Shown: positions 60,911 through 64,000 of the stretch, one piece after another
Layout of the letters: every line of letters starts with the position of its first letter
How positions within the stretch are numbered: position 1 is the first letter of the stretch
Translations under genes and position numbers: made by a program
Source: the human T2T-CHM13v2.0 reference genome, Homo sapiens
Assembly: GCF_009914755.1 (NCBI RefSeq)
Contig: NC_060943.1
Length of the DNA: 64,000 bases
Direction: 5' to 3' (one strand)
The notes under the pieces: model-generated
Database searches by the model: none
What the model was told of the DNA's origin: nothing
The model's input: only the letters and a program-made list of their open reading frames with translations

Positions 60911-63900
60911 CAACAATTCAAAGGTTTAAGCAATAATTGAAGACAAAGTGGCCGCACACGGCTCACGCTTGTAATCCCAGTACTTTGGGAGGTTGAGGTG
61001 GAAAGACTACTTGAGCCCAGGAGTTTGAGACCAGCCTGGCCAACACAGCAAGATCCTGTCTCTATATTTTTATTTAAAAAAAAAAAAAGAATTGAAGACA
61101 AAGTAAAACTAGTTTTTAGAATATTATGCTCTTAAATAGAGCATAAATAGGTACTTATTACAGAGGGAAATGTAGTTGAAAGTATTTTTTTGTCTTAAAG
61201 ATGGAAGAGTAGAAGAAAAAAAGGCTTTATCATGCATTGGAGATCTGTTCAGAGAGGAAAAAAATTGTTCATACTACTCTGACACTCTAACACAGAATAT
61301 TTCACCTCTAGTCACCAAAATGTGTGTCATTGTCCCCACAATGACAGCTTCTCCAGCAGACTCCCAGGTAGGGAGTCCTGCTGTTTTACTCAATTCTGAC
61401 ACCGTCTACAAAACAGAATCAGACACCACAGCTTGAGGGTTCAGTCGCACAGGACTGCCCTCACTTCATATGCTGTACGCTCTGACTGACCTGGTCAATG
61501 TGCTTCCCTAACACTTTCCTTGGGTTTGAATAACTAGCTAGCACAGCTTTTCCATCTGGCTGTTCATCTGTGTCCTTTGCAACATACTTTATAATAAATG
61601 AGTAAACTAAGTGTTGTCCTGAGTTCGGTGAATGACCGTGGCAAATTACTACAACCTGAGGAGGGGGGTCAAGTGAATCCCCAATTTACAGTTGGTCGCC
61701 CAGAAGTTCAGGTCCCAACCTGCAACTTGTGACCGGCATTTGAAGTGGGGGTAGCCCTGTGGAACTGACCAACCAGTAAACAGCATCTGATCCTAATTCT
61801 AGCTGGACAGTGTCAGAATTGAGTTGAAGTATAAGTTCACCCAGTTAGTGTCGGATGGAAAATGCATTGCTGGTGGGAAGAAGTTCCTCCACATTTTGGT
61901 GATGAGTTTTCTGTGTGGAGTGTTCACTATTACATTGACTGTACACTATTATATTGACTATAATCAGCATCATATAATACTAAATATTATGTAATCAGTA
62001 TTACATTAACTCATGTTCTCGCCCCTACCCAACCCCATCCCAGGGAAATGGAGGAAGAGGGTGGCCCACAAATGAATGAGTCAAGTCACTGCCCTCTGGC
62101 TGAAAAGGTTACAAGTGGAAGCTAACCTCTGATGCCATAATTATAAAATGCATAGCCTTATAGACAAGTTTTGCAATTCTCATCTTTATCTGTGTATTTT
62201 AAGCATATTTAAAATCTGTTAGATTATAAAGACAGAAATCAACATGTCACAACTAAATTACCCATATTCAATCAACTCACCACTCACCTGAACCAAGGTC
62301 CCCTCCTTCTTCCTTCCTGTGTGTTTCCCTCTCTCATTCTGTGCGTATCTCATCCTCACCTTCCCTCCCTGGCTCTTTTTTTCCGATGTTTCCCCCCAGG
62401 TTTCTGCTCCTCATTTTGAGCCCCTCTCCTCTCCTGCTCTTTCTCCCCTTCTTCCCTCCATTCCTTCTCTTCCACCTGTTCTGCTCCATTCCTACAACTT
62501 CTTCCACCTCTTATTCCTTTCTGCCCAAACTCTTCATTGTCCCAATCCCAATCTCCACATATTTCTGCCTCTTTCTTCCCTCATCTTTGCTCCCCCTCTG
62601 CTCCCCCTATTAAATCCCCTCTTCCCTGTTACACCCCTTGTCCCCACTCTCTGGCACCCCCAGATCCAAAGCCTTCCCATACTGTGGTTCTCCCTCTGCT
62701 CTCCTTGTCACCAGCTGTCCCGTCTTGCTGTCCCAGCACCACATTGCTGTCCGCCCTGACTCCAAATTCCTCCTCCTCTCCCCCACTCTCTGTCTGAGGA
62801 GCCTCCCCCTTTCTGCCCCTCTCCCTATCTTGCTGTCCTTCATCTCTCTGGAGACCCAGCTTTTCTCTATATTTCTCCAGTTGCTCCCTGCCCCACACTT
62901 TCTCAGCTTTGTCTTTCACTCTCAGTGTCTGTCTGCAAATTCCCCACCCATCCTCTGCGTTGCCATCTGTTCATGGTTCTCACCCGTCCTTCTCACTCCT
63001 TCTCAGTTTTTCTATTTCCTCTTTCTCCTGTCTCTCTTTCTCCTGATCCCCTGTGGCCACATATTTACAGGGAAGGGGATGGAATAAGATGCCCACCTAC
63101 TGAAAGCACTTTTCCTAGTGGAGTGGAATCTGGGACAAAAGAACATTGGAGGTGAACAGACAGGCCCAAGTCACCTCCTTCAACGCTGGGTCAGAGGAAG
63201 CCATGCTTATGAGGGGGAGGCCTGCAGGATAGAGGGCAAGGCTCAATGAGAGCAAGATGGGAGGGTGTCTCAGGGGAGGGGTGGGATCTGTGGAATCCCA
63301 GGACCAGGGCGAGGACTCTCTTGCACCAGAGCTGCGGTGCTGCTGTGCAGACGCAATGAAGGGCGAGGCTTAGGGGACCCAAAGGGTGAATGCACCTCGC
63401 GGGTGAGGACCTTACAAGGCACAGGGTGGGAAGTGAGTAAAGGGTTTTAAGCAGGAAATGGCATGAAAGCTCTCTACATGGGCTGAAGGCAGAAATACTG
63501 CAAGCAGGACCTGTCTGTGTGGTTCAATGGGAAGTGACCCCTGACCTCTCATGGACACCTCTGAATTTACTTGGGAATGAAAGAGCCATGAGGGGATACT
63601 AAGGTCTATAGGGTCCGGAGTGACGGCTCATGCCTGTAATCCCAGCACTTTGTGGGCTGTAATCCCAGCCGAAGCGGGAGGATCACTTGAGCCCACAAAT
63701 TCGAGACCAGCTCAGGCAACACAGTGAGACTTCCTCTCTACTAAATATATATAAAAAAAATTATTTAAACGTGGTGGTGGTACACACCGGTGGTCCCAGC
63801 TACTCAGGAGGCTGAGGTGGGAGGATCGCTTGAGCCCAGGAGGTCCAGGCTGCAGTGAACTACAATCACTCATATATACACATATGTCTCTGAGGACTCC

Positions 63901-63968
63901 TGCAAATCGAGTCTGGATGTGCAGGAGCCTGGGAAGCCCAAGTTTAACCTAAACAGAGGGAAACTCAC

Positions 63969-64000
63969 GTGTGAGGTCTTCACTCCAGGTGATCAGCTTC
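63969..64000 (-). other. ZNF160: 3' end of an upstream non-coding ZNF160 exon (decayed exon-1-type copy C), running off the window
   Basis: GAAGCTGATCACCTGGAGTGAAGACCTCACAC|GTGAGT, intact donor. Paralogous to the exon-1 regions at ~10413-10460 and ~30995-31040. Confidence 0.65.

Overview
Primate (human-like) genomic DNA, very Alu/LTR/L1-rich. I recognise it as the chr19q13.41 KRAB-zinc-finger cluster around ERVV-2 and ZNF160. Two intact protein-coding units are present. (1) A domesticated HERV-V provirus on + (5' LTR ~16491-17499, tRNA-Val PBS, splice donor, gag/pol mostly deleted, intact 535-aa env ERVV-2 at 21838-23445, PPT, 3' LTR 23571-24338). (2) ZNF160 on -, whose four coding exons I reconstructed by hand (15+127+129+2186 nt = 818 aa; KRAB-A, KRAB-B, 20 C2H2 fingers); its TSS probably lies beyond the right edge. 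The main unexplained structure is a triplicated KRAB-ZNF 5' module (promoter/exon 1, MALTQ exon, cassette exon): two orphan CpG-rich copies flank ERVV-2 and a CpG-decayed copy lies inside ZNF160. Other notable details are an asymmetric poly(A) signal between the ERV-V LTRs, a hydrophobic micro-ORF before env, in-frame KRAB-only terminal exons and fossil zinc fingers in the ZNF160 3' UTR. Most short ORFs in the track are Alu artefacts. Repeat family names are from memory and need RepeatMasker/Dfam confirmation. I found no clearly new biological system; the best candidates are regulatory.
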